From the NCBI RefSeq assembly GCF_963921235.1, contig NC_086109.1:35404001-35468000 (forward strand): a DNA stretch of 64,000 nucleotides, in the 5' to 3' direction. A model generated the notes under the pieces. It was given only the letters and a program-made list of their open reading frames with translations. It had not been told where the DNA came from and ran no database searches. The stretch comes from Mobula hypostoma (lineage: Eukaryota). Below, one piece after another: positions 39,270 to 52,589 of this stretch. The translations under genes were made by a program, and so were the position numbers. Position 1 is the first letter of the stretch; each line of letters starts with the position of its first letter.

Positions 39270-39500
39270 ATTATTCACCTGAGGGTGGTTAACCTGTGAA
39301 TTTCATTGCCACAGATAGCCATAGAGGCCAGGTCTTTTGGTATATTTAAAGCAGAGATTGATAGGTTCTTCAATAGTCAGGGCATCAAAGATTTAAAGAT
39401 AGAAGTCAGGAGAATGAGGTTGAGAGGGATAATAAGTCAATGGCAAAGCAGACTCGATTGGCTGAATGACCTCATTCTGTTCCATGTCATAAAGTTCTAA
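39270..39500 (+). mobile_element. CR1 3' fragment
   Basis: RVVNL.ISLPQIAIEARSFGIFKAEIDRF motif. Confidence 0.75.
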
Positions 39501-40124
39501 GTCTGACCTGGTAAGGCAGCAGCTGGACTCCAAGGCAGGAATATTGAAGTTACATTCAGTGTTTAATAACCATCACAAATAAGGTGTGAGCAGATCGGAA
39601 GTTGTAGAACTGAGGTTAGCGGTGTGCTTCCAATTTGGTGGCTTACTGGACTGGGAATCCTGGCACCACCTTTACATAAGGTTTTGTGCAGCACTTTAGG
39701 ATTTTTCTTTTTAGCATGAAAGTGATGGCCAGCAGAACAAAGTATCGTACAGAATCTGATGTATGAAGCTTGATTTCACTGCAGCAGCCACTTAATGCCC
39801 AAGTGCTGCAGTGGAAACTCAGCTACTGTCACGCTCCTTGGTAAAATTGATCCTAGAGCAGCAAACAATTTGTGGGCGGAATTCAACGGGTTGAGCAATA
39901 TCTGTAGGGGCAAAGGAATTGTCAATATTTCAGGTCAGAACCCTGTATTAGGACAGGTCTCTGGTCAAGCATGTTTAAAGGCTGTAATGAACCTCAACAA
40001 GCTAGCACATTGCTAGGAATGCTGAGATATTATTCTGAATAAGTGGAAATGCCTTCATGGAGAATATAACTGCTGTGCTTTCTCAAAATGATAATATTCA
40101 TGATCTCAGTATAGATACCCTTGC

Positions 40125-40310
40125 ATGATGGAGGAACTCAGTAGGTCAGGCTGCACCCATGGAAGGTCTACATTCCGGACTGAGACTCCTCATCAGGACT
40201 ACGCCCCAGTTACTGCCTGAAACATTGACTCTTTATTCCTTTCCAAAGATGCTGTCTGACCTGCTGTGTGTGTTACTTTGGATTTCCAATATCTGCAGAG
40301 TTCCTAGCGT
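40125..40310. mobile_element. Decayed fold-back PLE repeat
   Basis: GGAGGAACTCAG..CTCATCAGGAC followed by the inverted CCTGAAACATTGACT..GATGCTGTCTGACCTGCTG. Confidence 0.6.
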
Positions 40311-40892
40311 TTACAACCTGTGTGTTTGTCTTCCTCGTTTTCCTCCAGTTACAAAATGTAGCATACACATTAAATTGTGGAAAATCGAGAGGTTATCCAC
40401 TTCAATAGAGCAACGGGAATGCTGAATATTTTTTAAAATGTTAGTAACTGACAAATATAACTGCTGAAAGATCCTTGTGCAAGAATAACTGAATGTTAAT
40501 GTTCAGGTATAGCTGAACTAGTTATAAAGGAAAGCCAAATTCAAAGCAAAGTTCAAAGTAAAATTTATTATCAGACTATATTCACACATGTCACCACATA
40601 CAACCCTGAGATTCTTAATCATGTGGGCATTCTCATTTGCATGTGCACAGTTTTATGCAAGAGCATACAACACAGCAAACTGTGCAAATGCAAATACAAA
40701 TAAATAGCAATAAATAATGAGAACATGAAATAACAAGATAAAGAGTTCTTAAAGTGAAGTCATTGGTTGTGGGAACACCAGAAATAAAATGACTGTAGTT
40801 ACGCAAACACGGGTATGCTGAAGTTTCAAGCAACACACATAAAAGTCGCTGGTGAACGCAGCAGGCCGGGCAGCATCTATTGGAAGAGGTAC

Positions 40893-40928
40893 AGTCGACA
40901 TTTCGAGCTGAGACCCTTCGTCAGGACT
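40893..40928 (-). ncRNA. Minimal type I hammerhead ribozyme motif
   Basis: Minus strand AGTC-CTGACGA-AGGG-TCTCAG-CTC-GAAA-TGTC-GACT: both core boxes, stem I (AGTC/GACT), short stem II and a GUC triplet. Confidence 0.7.
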
Positions 40929-41543
40929 AACTGAAGGAAGAGTTAGTAAGAGATTTGAAAGTGGGAGGGGGAGGGGGAGATCCGAAATGATAGGAGAAGA
41001 CAGGAGGGGGAGGGATGGAGCCAAGAGCTGGACAGGTGATTGGCAAAAGGGATATGGGAGGATTATGGGACAGGAGGCCCAGGGAGAAAGAAAAGGGGGG
41101 GGGGAACCCAGAGGATAGGCAAGGGGTATAGTCAGAGGGACAGAGGGAGAAAAAGTAGAGAGAGAAAAAGAATGTGTGTATATAAATAAATAACGGATGG
41201 GGTACGAGGGGGAGGTGGGGCATTAATGGAAGTTAGAGAAGTCAATGTTCATGCCATCATGTTGGAGGCGACCCAGACGGAATATAAGGTGTTGTTCCTC
41301 CAACCTGGGTGTGGCTTCATCTTTACAGTAGAGGAGGCCGTGGATAGACATATCAGAATGGGAATGGGACGTGGAATTAAAATGTGTGGCCACTGGGAGA
41401 TCCTGCTTTGTTTGGTGGACAGAGCGTAGGTGTTCAGCGAAACAATCTCCCAGTCTGCCTTCCCCCTCCTGTCTTCTCCTATCATTTCAGATCTCCTCCT
41501 CCCCCTCCCACTTTCAAATCTCTTACTAGCTCTTCTTTCAGTT

Positions 41544-41579
41544 AGTCCTGACGAAGGGTCTCGGCCCGAAATGTCGACT
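41544..41579 (+). ncRNA. Minimal type I hammerhead ribozyme motif
   Basis: AGTC-CTGACGA-AGGG-TCTCGG-CCC-GAAA-TGTC-GACT; predicted cleavage after C41575; helix III essentially absent. Confidence 0.75.
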
Positions 41580-42109
41580 GTACCTCTTCCAATAGATGCT
41601 GCCTGGCCTGCTGCATTCACCAGCAACTTTTATGACTGTAGTTATCCTCTTTTGTTCAAGATCCTGATTGTTGTGGTGTATTAACTATTTTTAAACTTGG
41701 TGTTGCAATTCATGAGACACATGTACTGTATACTGATAGCAGCAGCAAGAAAAATGCATGGCCTGGGTGGTCAAGTTGAGTATAGAAGGTTTTGAGCTCA
41801 TTTTGGAAGTAAAACTCTGCTAGGTTTAACTTTGTAGGTGGTCATTTCCATTCCAACCCTGCCACAGCTGTCGAGCATCCGTCATTGATTCCAGTCTAGT
41901 CTGGATTCTCCACTTTGCTGTGAGATGTCTTTCTGGAGATCACATCTAAACCTCTTGTAGTATTTTTGCCCTACAGCCTTGAATGCCTCTGATATGGCCC
42001 TCAGCAACTCTGGATTTCATCGTTCATCCAAGTCTTCTGGTTGGGATAAACACTGAATAATTTTGTGGGCCATACTCATCTATATCTGTTTTAATAAAGT
42101 ATGTTACAA

Positions 42110-42690
42110 TCCTGGTATAGTCATTCAGATTTATTCTCTGCATACATATATGTTACCATATACTACCTTGAGATTAATTTCCTCGCAGGCATTTACAGGA
42201 GAGTTAAGAAATATAGAACTTATGAAAAACTATATCCAAAGAAATATCGACAAATAATTGGTGTGTAAATGGAAACAAAAATAGTGCAAATACAAAATAA
42301 ATAAATAACACTGAGAACACGAGTTGTAGAGTTCTTGAAAGTGCCTTTATAGGTTGGAAATCAGTTTAGAGTTGAGGTGAGTGATGTTATCTAACTTGGT
42401 TCAGGAGCCTGATTGTTGAAGCCTGGTGGTACAGGACTTAAGGCTCCCGTACTTCCTGCCCAACTATAGTAGTGACATGAATGCATGGCCTGGATGGTGG
42501 GAGGTTCTTGATGGTGAACACTGCTTTCTTATCACATTTTTCCTTGGATATTTGCTCTGTATACTTTTCCATTCCTGGGCATTGGTGTTTCCATGCCATA
42601 CCACAATGCAACCAGTTAGGACACGCGCCACTGTGCATTTATAAAATTTTGTCAAAGTTTTAGTTAACATTCTGAGTCTACACAAATAGT
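42110..42690 (-). mobile_element. Rex1/Babar-like 3' fragment
   Basis: LTKFYKCTVARVLTGCIVVWHGN (DUF1891-type motif). Confidence 0.8.
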
Positions 42691-43189
42691 ATGTTGGTCT
42701 CTATTGTAAAGGCATTTAGTAGAGGAATAAAGATGGCTTGCCACAGAGTCACAGAGTTGTATGGAGATTCAGCATGGAAACAAGCTCTTTGGCCTACCAA
42801 TCCAATGTCAATATCAACCATCTATATATATATGTACCATATGTTTGTCTCCTTGTTAGCCATTCTTCCCAGATTCTCACCTATTCTCCCCATATTCTCC
42901 CACTGGAGATAATTAATGAGATTCTCAATCAGTTCAGATTTTTATCAACTCCAAATTTACACACTGGGGGCAATTTTCTAGAGGCTAATTATTCTACTGG
43001 TCTGTATATCCTTGGGATTGAGAAAACTGGAGCACCTAAGGGAAAACTATTGATTCCATAAAGGAGTCTACACATAGAGCATTGTGCACAATTTTTATCT
43101 CCTTACCTAAAGGATCAAATACTTCCCTGAAACGTGTGGTAAAGGTTCATCAGACCGGTTTCACAGATGACAAGAGGTACATATTCTCT

Positions 43190-43273
43190 AGAGCGAGATT
43201 CAGAACCTTTTTTATGCCATGGACCCTTGGGCCATTTTCCGAGGGGTCCATGGACCCCAGGTTGGTAACCCTT
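43190..43273. mobile_element. Short hAT/Charlie-like MITE relic (related copy at ~9605-9680)
   Basis: Internal palindrome CCATGGACCC..GGGTCCATGG and an end resembling GGTTGGGAACCCCTG. Confidence 0.45.
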
Positions 43274-43289
43274 GCTTCAGAGTGTTGAA

Positions 43290-43810
43290 AAATAAGGGCT
43301 GATGTCATTGAAACATACAAAAAAACTGCACAGAGCTGAATAAAGTTTATCCCAGCAGCAGGTTTCCACTAGCTGAGGAGTCCTCCTAATTGGAGAAATT
43401 ATTGTCTCTAACGGGGGCATCACTTAGGATTGCACTGAGGAGTGAAGCTTCATTCAAACGATGATGAATCTTTGGAATTCTCCACCACTAAAGTATTTGG
43501 AAACCCAGTCCTTGATTGAATTAAAAACAGAATGATAAATACAATAAATGCATAATGATTAGACCATAAGACCATAAGACATAGGAGCAGAATTAGGCTA
43601 TTCAGCCCATCGAGTCTGATCTGCCATTCCACCATGGCTGATCCCAGAACCCACTCAACCCCATACACTGGCCTTCTCCCCATATCCTTTGATGCCCTGA
43701 CTAATCAGGAAATGATTAACTCCCGCTTTAAAAATACCCACGTACTTGGCCTCCACCGCAGTCTGTGGCAGAACTTTACACAGATTCACTACTCTTTGGC
43801 TAAAACGATA
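43290..43810. mobile_element. Two tail-to-tail CR1 3' fragments
   Basis: Decayed + strand fragment (43290-43520), then a minus-strand tail ACCATAAGACCATAAGACATAGGAGCAGAA. Confidence 0.7.
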
Positions 43811-44147
43811 GCCTCCACAGCCTTAACAGATTCTGTTAATAGATCTGGCCATGCTTTGCAGTTGCAGCACGTGAAATGTTTTTGTTCAGGTCTCTACATT
43901 ATAGTGAAGACTCCTTATTGTCGTGAAGTTCCCTCTGAATTGCTCTGAAATACAAAGGAGGATACTTGGATTCGAATTTTTCTGTATTGTCTTCTCCTCC
44001 TCTTCCCCCATGAGGTTCCCCTGTTTGTGTATCCTTTCCATATCCTCTCAATCTAACTGTGGTCCTAGGAACCTGTAATCAGAACAGTCATATCTAAAAA
44101 TGAAGGCTTACTATGCTTTACTACTCTCTGTTGCCTTCAGTATCATA

Positions 44148-46760
44148 ATTAGAATCAGGTTTAATATTACAGCCATACAGTATATCGTGAAATTTGTTGT
44201 TCTGCATCAACAGTACATTGCAATACGTAATCATTAAAAATAACTATAAATTACAATAAGAAATATTCCCCCTTGGAAATGTTCTTGTATCCATCTCCTG
44301 ACTTGCTTTTCAATAATCTTTTTGCGGAGTTGCGTGGAGTTTTCTTTTGTCTTCATGGTGTAGTTTTTGCCAGGATACTGACTTGCCAGCAGTTGGACCT
44401 TCCGGATACGGGTGTATTTTTACTATAATCAATTGAATCACCTGGAACACAGATCTCCAAAAACAGATCTCCATTGAACTAATTTTGTGACTTCTAAAAC
44501 CAGTTGGGTTGCACCAGTGATGATTTGCTGTGTCATATTCAAGGGGGTGAATACTTCTGCAATCAATTATTTGATATTTGTAATTAATTTAGATCACTTT
44601 GTAGCGTTTTGTTTTCACTTCGGCACGGAAGAGTCTTTTTCTGTTGTTCAGTGTCAAAAAAGCTAAATTAATTCCATTGTGGTTCAATGTTGTAAAACAA
44701 TAAAACATGAAACCTTCCAAGGATTGTGAATACTTCTTACAGGCACTGTGTGTAAGTTAAATTAAATAGTGCAAAAAAAGATCTATATATGTATATATAA
44801 ATAGTGAGGTAATGTTCATGGGTTAATTATCCATTGAGAAATCTGATGGTGGTGAGGGAGAAGCCGTTGAGTGTCTGTCTTCAAGGTCCTATCCCTTCTC
44901 CTTGATGGTAGCAATGTGAAGAGGGCATGTCTTGGGTGATGGATGTTCCTAATGATCGATGTCACTTTTTGAGGCATCACCTTTTGAAGGTGTCCTTGAT
45001 GCTGGGAAGGCTAGTGCCAATGATGGAGCTGGCGGAGTTTGAAACTTTCTGTCCTTTTTTCTGATCCTTAGTAGTGGTCCCTCCAGGTGGTGATGCAACC
45101 TGTTAGGTTACTCATCACAGTACATCTATATAAATCTGTGAGAATCTTTGACGCCATACCAAATCTCCTCAAACTCCTAATGAAATATAACACTGTCATG
45201 CTTTTTTTTTGTAAATTGATCAATATGTTGGGTCAGGATAAACTTTCAGAGATGTTGATGCTCAGGAACTTGAAACTGCTCACCCTTTCCACTGCTGATT
45301 CTTTGATGAGGACTGGACTGTGTTCCCACAATCAATCCCTCAGTCTTGCTGATGTTGAGTGCAAGGTTGTTGTTACGACACCACTCAACTAGCTGATCTA
45401 TCTCACCCTTGTTACATCTCTCCATCACCACCTGAAATTCTGCCTACATTAGTTGTGTCATAGGCAAATTGATAGATGGCATTTGAGCTGTGCCTAGCCA
45501 CACAGTTGTGGATGTAGAGCACACATCCTTGAAGTACGCCGGAGTTGATTGTCAGCGAGGAAGAGAGGTCATTTTCGATCTGCACCGACTGTGAGTTCCT
45601 GTTGAGGAAGTCAAGGATCCAGTTGCAGAGGTGCATACAGAGCCCCTGGTTTTGGAACTTGATTATGAGATCTGAGGGTTGATTCCATTGAACAGTGAGC
45701 TGTATCAATAAAAAGCAGCCTGAGCTAGGTATTGCTGTTGTCCAGGTAATCACCAGACAAGGCAGAACAGAGAGCTAGTGAGACTACAAACTGCAGTGCA
45801 TCCGGGTTCCTGCTTTGCTGGCAGGAGTTGATTCTGGCCATGACCAACCTGTCAAAGCACTTCATCACAGCAGATGTGAGTGCAACTGGGTGATGGTCAG
45901 CTAAGACATCTCACCCTGCTCTTCTTGGGCACTGGTATGATTGTCACCCTTTTGACGCAGTTCTGAACCTCTGAATGCAGCAGTGAGAGACTGACGATGT
46001 CCTTGAACATTCCCATCAGTTTGTTGGTACATGTTTTCAGTACCTACCAGGTACAGCATCAGAGCCTGATGCCTTGTGAGGGTTTGCCCTTATGAAAGAT
46101 GTTCTGACATCTGTCTCTGAGACAGGGAGCACTAAGTCATTAAATGCTGCAGAGATTCCTATAGGTGTAGCTTTATTCTCCCTCTCAAATCCTGCAGAAA
46201 AAGTGTTGAGCTCATCTGGAGTGAAGAATCACAGCCATTCATGATGTTAGGTTTTGCTTTGTATGGAGTAATGGCCTTCAAACCCTGTCAGAGCTTATGT
46301 GCATCCAATTCTGTCTCAAGCTTCAACTGGAATTGTTTCTTTGCTCTTAAAATGGCCTTCCATAGGTTGGACCTGGACCTTGTATAGTTCTGGAAAACTT
46401 ATCTGGAATGTCACAGATCTAGCCCTCAGCAGACTATGAGTCTATTGGTTTATCCATGGCTTTTGGTTTTGGTATGTCCCACATGTTTTTGAAAGCATGC
46501 ACTCATCCATGTAGGTCTTGATGAAGTTGGTGACAACTGTGGCATATCCGTTCAGATTTTAAGATGAATCCTTGAAATTTTCCAATTTACTGACTCAAAG
46601 CAGTCCTGTAGGTGCTCCTCTGTGCTCCCTTTATCATACCTTCTTGGTCCTCACTAATGGTGCGGTGGTCTTTAGTCACTGCCTATATGCTGGGAGTAGA
46701 GTACAGCCAGGTGATTGGACTTGGGATGGCACAGTAAGTGTTCTTGATGGTGTTATAATA
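44148..46760 (-). mobile_element. Decayed Rex1/Babar-like LINE
   Basis: LCNWILDFL, SGVLQGCVL, QFAYDTT and LVEWCRNNNLALNISKT on the minus strand. Confidence 0.85.
44268..44748 (-). mobile_element. Tc1-like transposon 5' part (TIR plus transposase N-terminus)
   Basis: TIR ..GTGAATACTTCTTACAGGCACTG, the inverse of that at 16506; ATG at 44356 begins MKTKENSTQLRKKIIEK. Confidence 0.85.
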
Positions 46761-46784
46761 GTGGTCAAATGTGTTATCTCCTCT

Positions 46785-47112
46785 GGTTCCACAGGACTGC
46801 TGATCTCCAGTCAGATCGTGCACAGCAGAGAATGATGCGAAAAACAAATGAATATCCAGTGAGCGGCAGTTCTGTAAACAAGAACTCCTTATTAATGAGA
46901 GAGGTCAGAGGAGAATGGCCAGACTGGTTCAAGCTGCCAGGGAGTAACTCAAATAACCATGCTTTACAACAGTGGTGTGTGGAAGAGCTTCTCTGAATGT
47001 ACAATATGTCAGCCTTCAAGTGGAGGGGCCACAGCAGCAGAAGACCGTCCACATACACTTAGTGGCTACTTTATTATGTTCAGGAGGTTTCTTTGAATGG
47101 CCACAGGGTGTA
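46785..47112 (+). mobile_element. Tc1-like fragment (different family)
   Basis: GAGAGAGGTCAGAGGAGAATGGCCAGACTGGTTCAAGCT transposase N-terminal region; TACACTTAGTGGCTACTTTATT / TGGCCACAGGGTGTA TIR-like ends. Confidence 0.65.
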
Positions 47113-48332
47113 TTTTGTGGCTAGTGATAGAGACTTATTTAGGGGACTTTGTCTGAGGTTGCATTTCAGGTTAACACAAGCCTGAGGGACGGAAGCATTT
47201 TAACTAAATTCCTATCTCAACCCAAATTACCTAAAGGCTGTTCATTCTCAGTTTCCCATCAGTATATTGTCTGAGCATTATACAAACAGTGTAGCTGAAA
47301 AATCCAAGTAGGATATAAAAAGTATTTTAAACATTTTGACCTAAGGTTGTCAATGATAACACACCCACAACAGTTTTGTTCATATCACATGACCAAATGG
47401 CAAATACGTGGTGGATTATATTTGTGAATTGTTCCTGACTCTTTACTGTGTTGAGTATAAAGTAAAAAAAATCATTGTTACCAACAGATCAGAAATGATT
47501 TAGCTAGCAGCCATTTACCTTAAATGTGTTGCACCTCTTCAAACATTTTCTGTTGCAAAAAGAAGTACAGAGGCCTAGGTTTAGAAGCTTGGTAATTAAT
47601 ACTGAGGGGATAATGGTAATTGAGTACTGAGCTGTAATCTATGAACAGCAGCCTGAAGTATGTTTTGCTGTTGTTTAGGTGCTCCAAAGCAGAGCGAGGC
47701 AGTGGGCTGCATCCACTGTAGACTTATTACAGTTGTAGATGAATTGCAGTGGGTTTATGTCCTTGCTTGGGTAGAAGTTAATTCTAGCTATCACTAACCT
47801 TCCAGAAGACTTTATGATGTGAGTGATACTGGTCAATAGTCATTGAGGCAGCTCACCCTGCACTCCTTGGCCACTAGTATGATTACTGCACTTTTGAACC
47901 TCCTTCCGTTGCAGTGAGAGATTGAAGATGTCCATGAACAACCCAGCCAGTTGTTTGGCACAGGTTTTTAATATTCCTTATTATCTATTACCCCCAAAAT
48001 TAAGGAATAGCAGGAATTAACAGATTGAAAGCAAGAAGTTCTGTTTAGTGTGTGCATGAAATTCCCTGATCACCACAGAGCTATTACACAGCATATTCAG
48101 GTTAGTTACAAGGAGAAACTGACTGATGTGTTTCAGTGACATGTCTAATAGGGGTACTGAACATGTAAGGTCAGAGGATAAAGCAATAGTCATGATATTG
48201 GAATACAGACTGTGGCACATTGCTTTGCCTTAGGAGCTACTTAAATTAGTCCTCTTTCACACTTGAATCCTTACAGTTCATATTACACAATCTCTTTTTA
48301 TGATATTCAGCTTTCTGGCAATATTATTTATT

Positions 48333-48943
48333 TATTTTTTTAAAATATAATTTTTATTAAATTTTCAAAATGAATATATAGAAAATAAAATCTACCCTCC
48401 CCCCTCCCCTTAACCCTCCCCCCCCCCCGTATATAGTCCTACCTAAAAAGAAAAGAAAGAAAAAAAAAGAACCGCCTGGGTATTGGAAGGTTTCCACATG
48501 CTCCATGGGATTCAAAATAAATTTAATATACTTATTCGTTAGTTTCCCCAAGGGACCAAGATCTTTATCGGAGCAATTAAATATGCCATCCTATCTTTTG
48601 TAAATAAGGGCACCAGATATTCAAAAATGTTCCATATTTATCTCTTAAATTATAAGTAATTTTTTCGAGTGGAATAGAACTAGCCATTTCATTGTTCCAA
48701 CGATTCATACTTAAATACGAATCAGATTTCCAAGTAACAACTATAGTCTTCTTAGCGACTGCCAATGCAATTTTTATAAATTCTTTCTGATACTTATTCC
48801 ATTTAAGTTTTGGCTTTATCCCTTCAATATCACCTAGTAGAAATAATACAGGGTTATGTGGAAGTTGAGTTCCAGTAATTTGTCCCAATAAGACTCTTAA
48901 ATTTATACAAAAGGGTTGAATTTTAAAACAAGATCAAGTAGAA
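48333..48943 (-). mobile_element. L1/Tx1-like LINE 3' fragment
   Basis: IALAVAKKTIVVTWK..W..E..IPLEKITY..F..IW.PY C-terminus; A-rich tail; 15-bp TSD GCAATATTATTTATT (48318-48332, 48944-48958). Confidence 0.85.
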
Positions 48944-50177
48944 GCAATATTATTTATTGACCATACAAATTACATTCTGTTAGATCACACTATCCAGATG
49001 TCATTATGGTACTCTCCAGACCTGAGCCAGAGAGAAGCCAGCGTTTTATGTGTGGCTGGTTGTCAGGCTCAGGGAATATTCCATGGATAAAAGAAGCAGA
49101 GAGGCGCAGAGGGCATATTGTCATTGAAGCCACTCTGATTCACTATAATTGCAGATATTCCAGAAGCTTCCTTCAGAAAGTGAAGTGTGCCTAACCATTA
49201 AACAAGACTTAACATCATTAAAAAGCCATAGCTGACATAGTTTTTGAAACTGCCTTTTACCTTTAGTTCATGATTGGACAGTGTTGATTTAGGAGAATGC
49301 TGTTTGCAGCTGAGAAGTATTTAATGACTGATGAGACTTAAAAAGCAAAATATAGAGAGGGGAAAACAAATATGGCTATGGAAGTGTATACACTTCTAAT
49401 GTGTTTACATGGGTGAGTATTCATAGTTAACAGTGCAAAGCTGGAATTTGATTCCTAAAGGATAATTTATGATAGACAGAGTATATATTTCACAATCTGC
49501 TTCAATTTATGGTATTGGGATTCTGGCAAAATTAATTCCTCGACATTTAAATTTAATGTCATTATAACGCACTAGCCAGAATCTCACTATGACACTCTTT
49601 TGCACTGTCTCGATGAATAGACAAGTTGCAACAAGCCTGTTTGATCTTTGATCTACTCTGAGTTAGCTATGAGCAGAGGCAATTGTTGCAAGTCAGCCTC
49701 TGGATAATAGAACAGGAAGTCAGGTAGCCTCCATCTACATCTGCTGGAAGTCTCTCAGTGTGACTGTCAGAAAAGAACAGCATGAATTCAACTTCAAATC
49801 CCTATGTGATCAGATCGCCTAATGAATTCCAAATTTATCAAGAATAATGCAATAGGGAGGACACTAGAAGGTGTTGTATGCCTGCCAGTAAAACTTTTAC
49901 TGAAAAGTTTCCCAGAGATATATGAGATGACACACAGAAACTGGAAAAGAAATAAAGTTCACAGCGTTAATTACAGCACTTGTAATAGAATGAATGCACA
50001 CAAGTTCAGACATCTGGATAATTATCACAGTTCATCTGTGTCAGCCTTTCTTACATAGTTCTCTAATCATTCAATTTATTTCATTTGATTCTCATTGGCT
50101 ATAAGTTTATCACTGTTACAGATGGAAAGTTGACTGTAATTATTAGCAACTTGAGTAACAAATGTTTCATTTTGTAG

Positions 50178-50318
50178 GTTTTGATAGATACTTCATGAGC
50201 CGTACTCTGGAGAATAACAGAAGAAACATCTGGTTTGCAGAATTTTGGGAAGCAAACTTCAACTGCAAGTTGAGCCGACATGGATTTAAACGAGGGAGTC
50301 ACGTTAAAAAGTGTACAG
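50178..50318 (+). CDS. GRM4: GRM4-like coding exon (141 bp)
   Basis: TTTTGTAG acceptor ending at 50177; encodes (G)[46 protein letters not shown]; donor GTATGC at 50319. Phase 1 is compatible with the previous exon. [15 protein letters not shown] resembles GRM4. Confidence 0.93.
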
Positions 50319-52589
50319 GTATGCCCGAACGTGTATCCTCCTTGCAAGCTCCTCTGTTTTCATATTAGTTTTGATATTTCTTTTAGTTTTGGCATTCCAT
50401 GTTATGATGGTGAATAGTTCTAGCAAAATGGATGTCAGTGAATTTCAATATTACCCAAAATCAACATGCTGAAAGCAGATAACTGCACATACATAAAATG
50501 AGCTGTTGATGAGAAATATTCAGAGTTTAATTTACCATGAGATGTACGCAAGGAAAAATGTTTGCAAGTTTTATTTTGAAGTTGAGAAAATATATGGGTT
50601 GAAATCACAAAAGCAGGCTTTGTGTGCTTAGCCTTCACAACAAGGTTTTCCTCTGTGCTTTCATTTGTGTTTAATCATTCAATTAGTGAAGTGATCACCA
50701 ATCTGAAATGCTAACAATGAACATTAAGGAAGTCATTTGAAAGCAAATTTATAATTTTGAACATTTTTATTTCCAGTACATCAGGACTACTGTAAACCAA
50801 TTGAGAAATCCTTTTCATACCTATTTCCTTAGAAAATTTAGTGCATGTAAGTTTCTTTTGGTAGAGATGCATCTAAGCAGTATGTTCTCAGCTTTCTGAT
50901 CTTACTGGTAAGAAATCCAATACAACCTGATGTCTAAGGCATTAAATGCAAAAGAATTCAACCTTACATGAAGTAAGGCCTTTCCTTGGCACATTCTGAC
51001 ATTGATTCAGATTCAGATATATTTAGCATACAGTGAAATGTGTCATGAAGAGAATGTGAAGGAAATAAAGTTAATCTCACCTGTAGGTGGGTCATAATAA
51101 TGGAGGAGCAGAGTGGCTTGATGATGGTGGGAATGTGATAGACCTGGAAGGAAGGTTGGGGAAGGTAAATCTGGCCGTAAAACTGAGAAAAGATTTTATC
51201 ATTGGTTGGGTTGAAGTGGGTTGTTGGGATGATTGAGAAATTGAAGGGGTGGATTGGCTGAAGGGTGGGTAGTGGAATCAAAGTGTCATTGATGTGGTAT
51301 TGGGTTAGGGACCAGGCTGGTGACAGCCATGTTTGAATTGCGAGTTGGAGGGGTTTGATCTTGTTAGGATGTGGAGCCCAGTGGAGAATTTATATAAATG
51401 GGACTTACACCACTGCTTCATAATATTAAATCCTGGAGTTACACACGTTAAATCAGTTTATATACTTGTATCAGTAAAATATGTTCTAATACGTACACAC
51501 CAGGACTGCACTTATGAAGGCTTTATAAAAATGTTAAAATAAGAATTGGGGTGAGAATTCTGTAGTACTTTCAAGCCTACAATTATTATAGAAATATCCG
51601 CTCAATAATGTGGACAAGCTTTACTCCATCCATAACATATGATTGAGACAAAAATCTGTTGAATTTTATTTGCCCAAGCATATAAATGGTTCTTCTTATA
51701 TTCAGTTACTTCTCCTCTCCTGAATAATGTATTAAATAATTTCCCTGATTTCCTTGAAACTATTCATTCAAGTGTCTCTTTCCTTAGCACCTTATCATTA
51801 CTCAAGTTCGCCAAACCCAGAGTCATCCGTCCTTTCCTCTACTTCCTCTTGCTGCCTAATAATATATATTGATTAGAAAACAGCATAGTACTCAGTTCTG
51901 CAGAGTAAGTTCCTGCAGTACCTCGGAAAGCAGAAATAAACTTCCTCTGTTTGGTAATACCTTTTCAATCTTCCACCATTTGATATTTTTATTGCAGCTG
52001 AGCTCTTTGTTAATGGACTTGTAGATTTATACATTCAGCATGGTCAGATCCTGATTTATCTACTGAGCTCGAATTCCTCATCTGGTCTGTTACTCCCATT
52101 ACAATTATGTTTCACTCATCTGCAGATTGATATTTCCTGCCCAGTAGGATTGATAAGAATAACCTAAGTACCTTTGTATCTCATTGTCATTCATGTTTCT
52201 CTTCTTCCCTGATACCTGCAAGTCTATCATTTGGGTTATCTTGCTGTAAGGTACCAATGTATTTAAAAAAAAAAAGTTATTTTCTGTGAGTTTTTTGAGG
52301 AAAAGCTAAAAAATTGCAGGCCTCCTTTATGAGACAGAAATTATGTTAACTTACCTCAGGTAGTTTATTTTGCAGCAATTTGACTGAATACAAAAATGAT
52401 GTGTTTAGGCACAACTCGTATTAGTAATATTTATATTACAGAGTACATGCTGCAAGAAGCTGAGTTTGAGTAATTCTACCATTGCTCAAGGTATGCTCCT
52501 TGGCCCACAAAATTATTCCCAGTCATTTCCACTTCAGGTATTTCATCATTGGAAATATAAAGAAATCTCATCGGTAATCATTAACAACA

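Larger units (their letters stand above)
40802..41631 (-). mobile_element. 5'-truncated Penelope-like retroelement with inverted partial terminal repeat
   Basis: Minus strand 41458-41225 encodes a GIY-YIG C-terminus (RLGDCFAEHLRSV..LPVATHFNSTSHSHSDM..LEEQHLIFRLGRLQHDGMNIDFSNF); ~175-bp inverted arms; 13-bp TSD ATGACTGTAGTTA (40789-40801, 41632-41644). Confidence 0.9.
40550..41770 (-). mobile_element. Rex1/Babar-like tail fragment hosting the Penelope insertion
   Basis: GTTCAAAGTAAAATTTATTATCAGA tail; the sequence continues across the 13-bp TSD. Confidence 0.55.

Noticed and set aside
1802..50177. Additional GRM exon or nested host gene in the long intron
   Set aside because: The flanking exons join in frame with no missing residues, and no non-TE coding similarity was recognised.
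50162..50368. 68-aa ORF as a standalone gene
   Set aside because: It is the GRM4-like exon read through its intronic flanks; the true boundaries are the AG/GT sites at 50177 and 50319.
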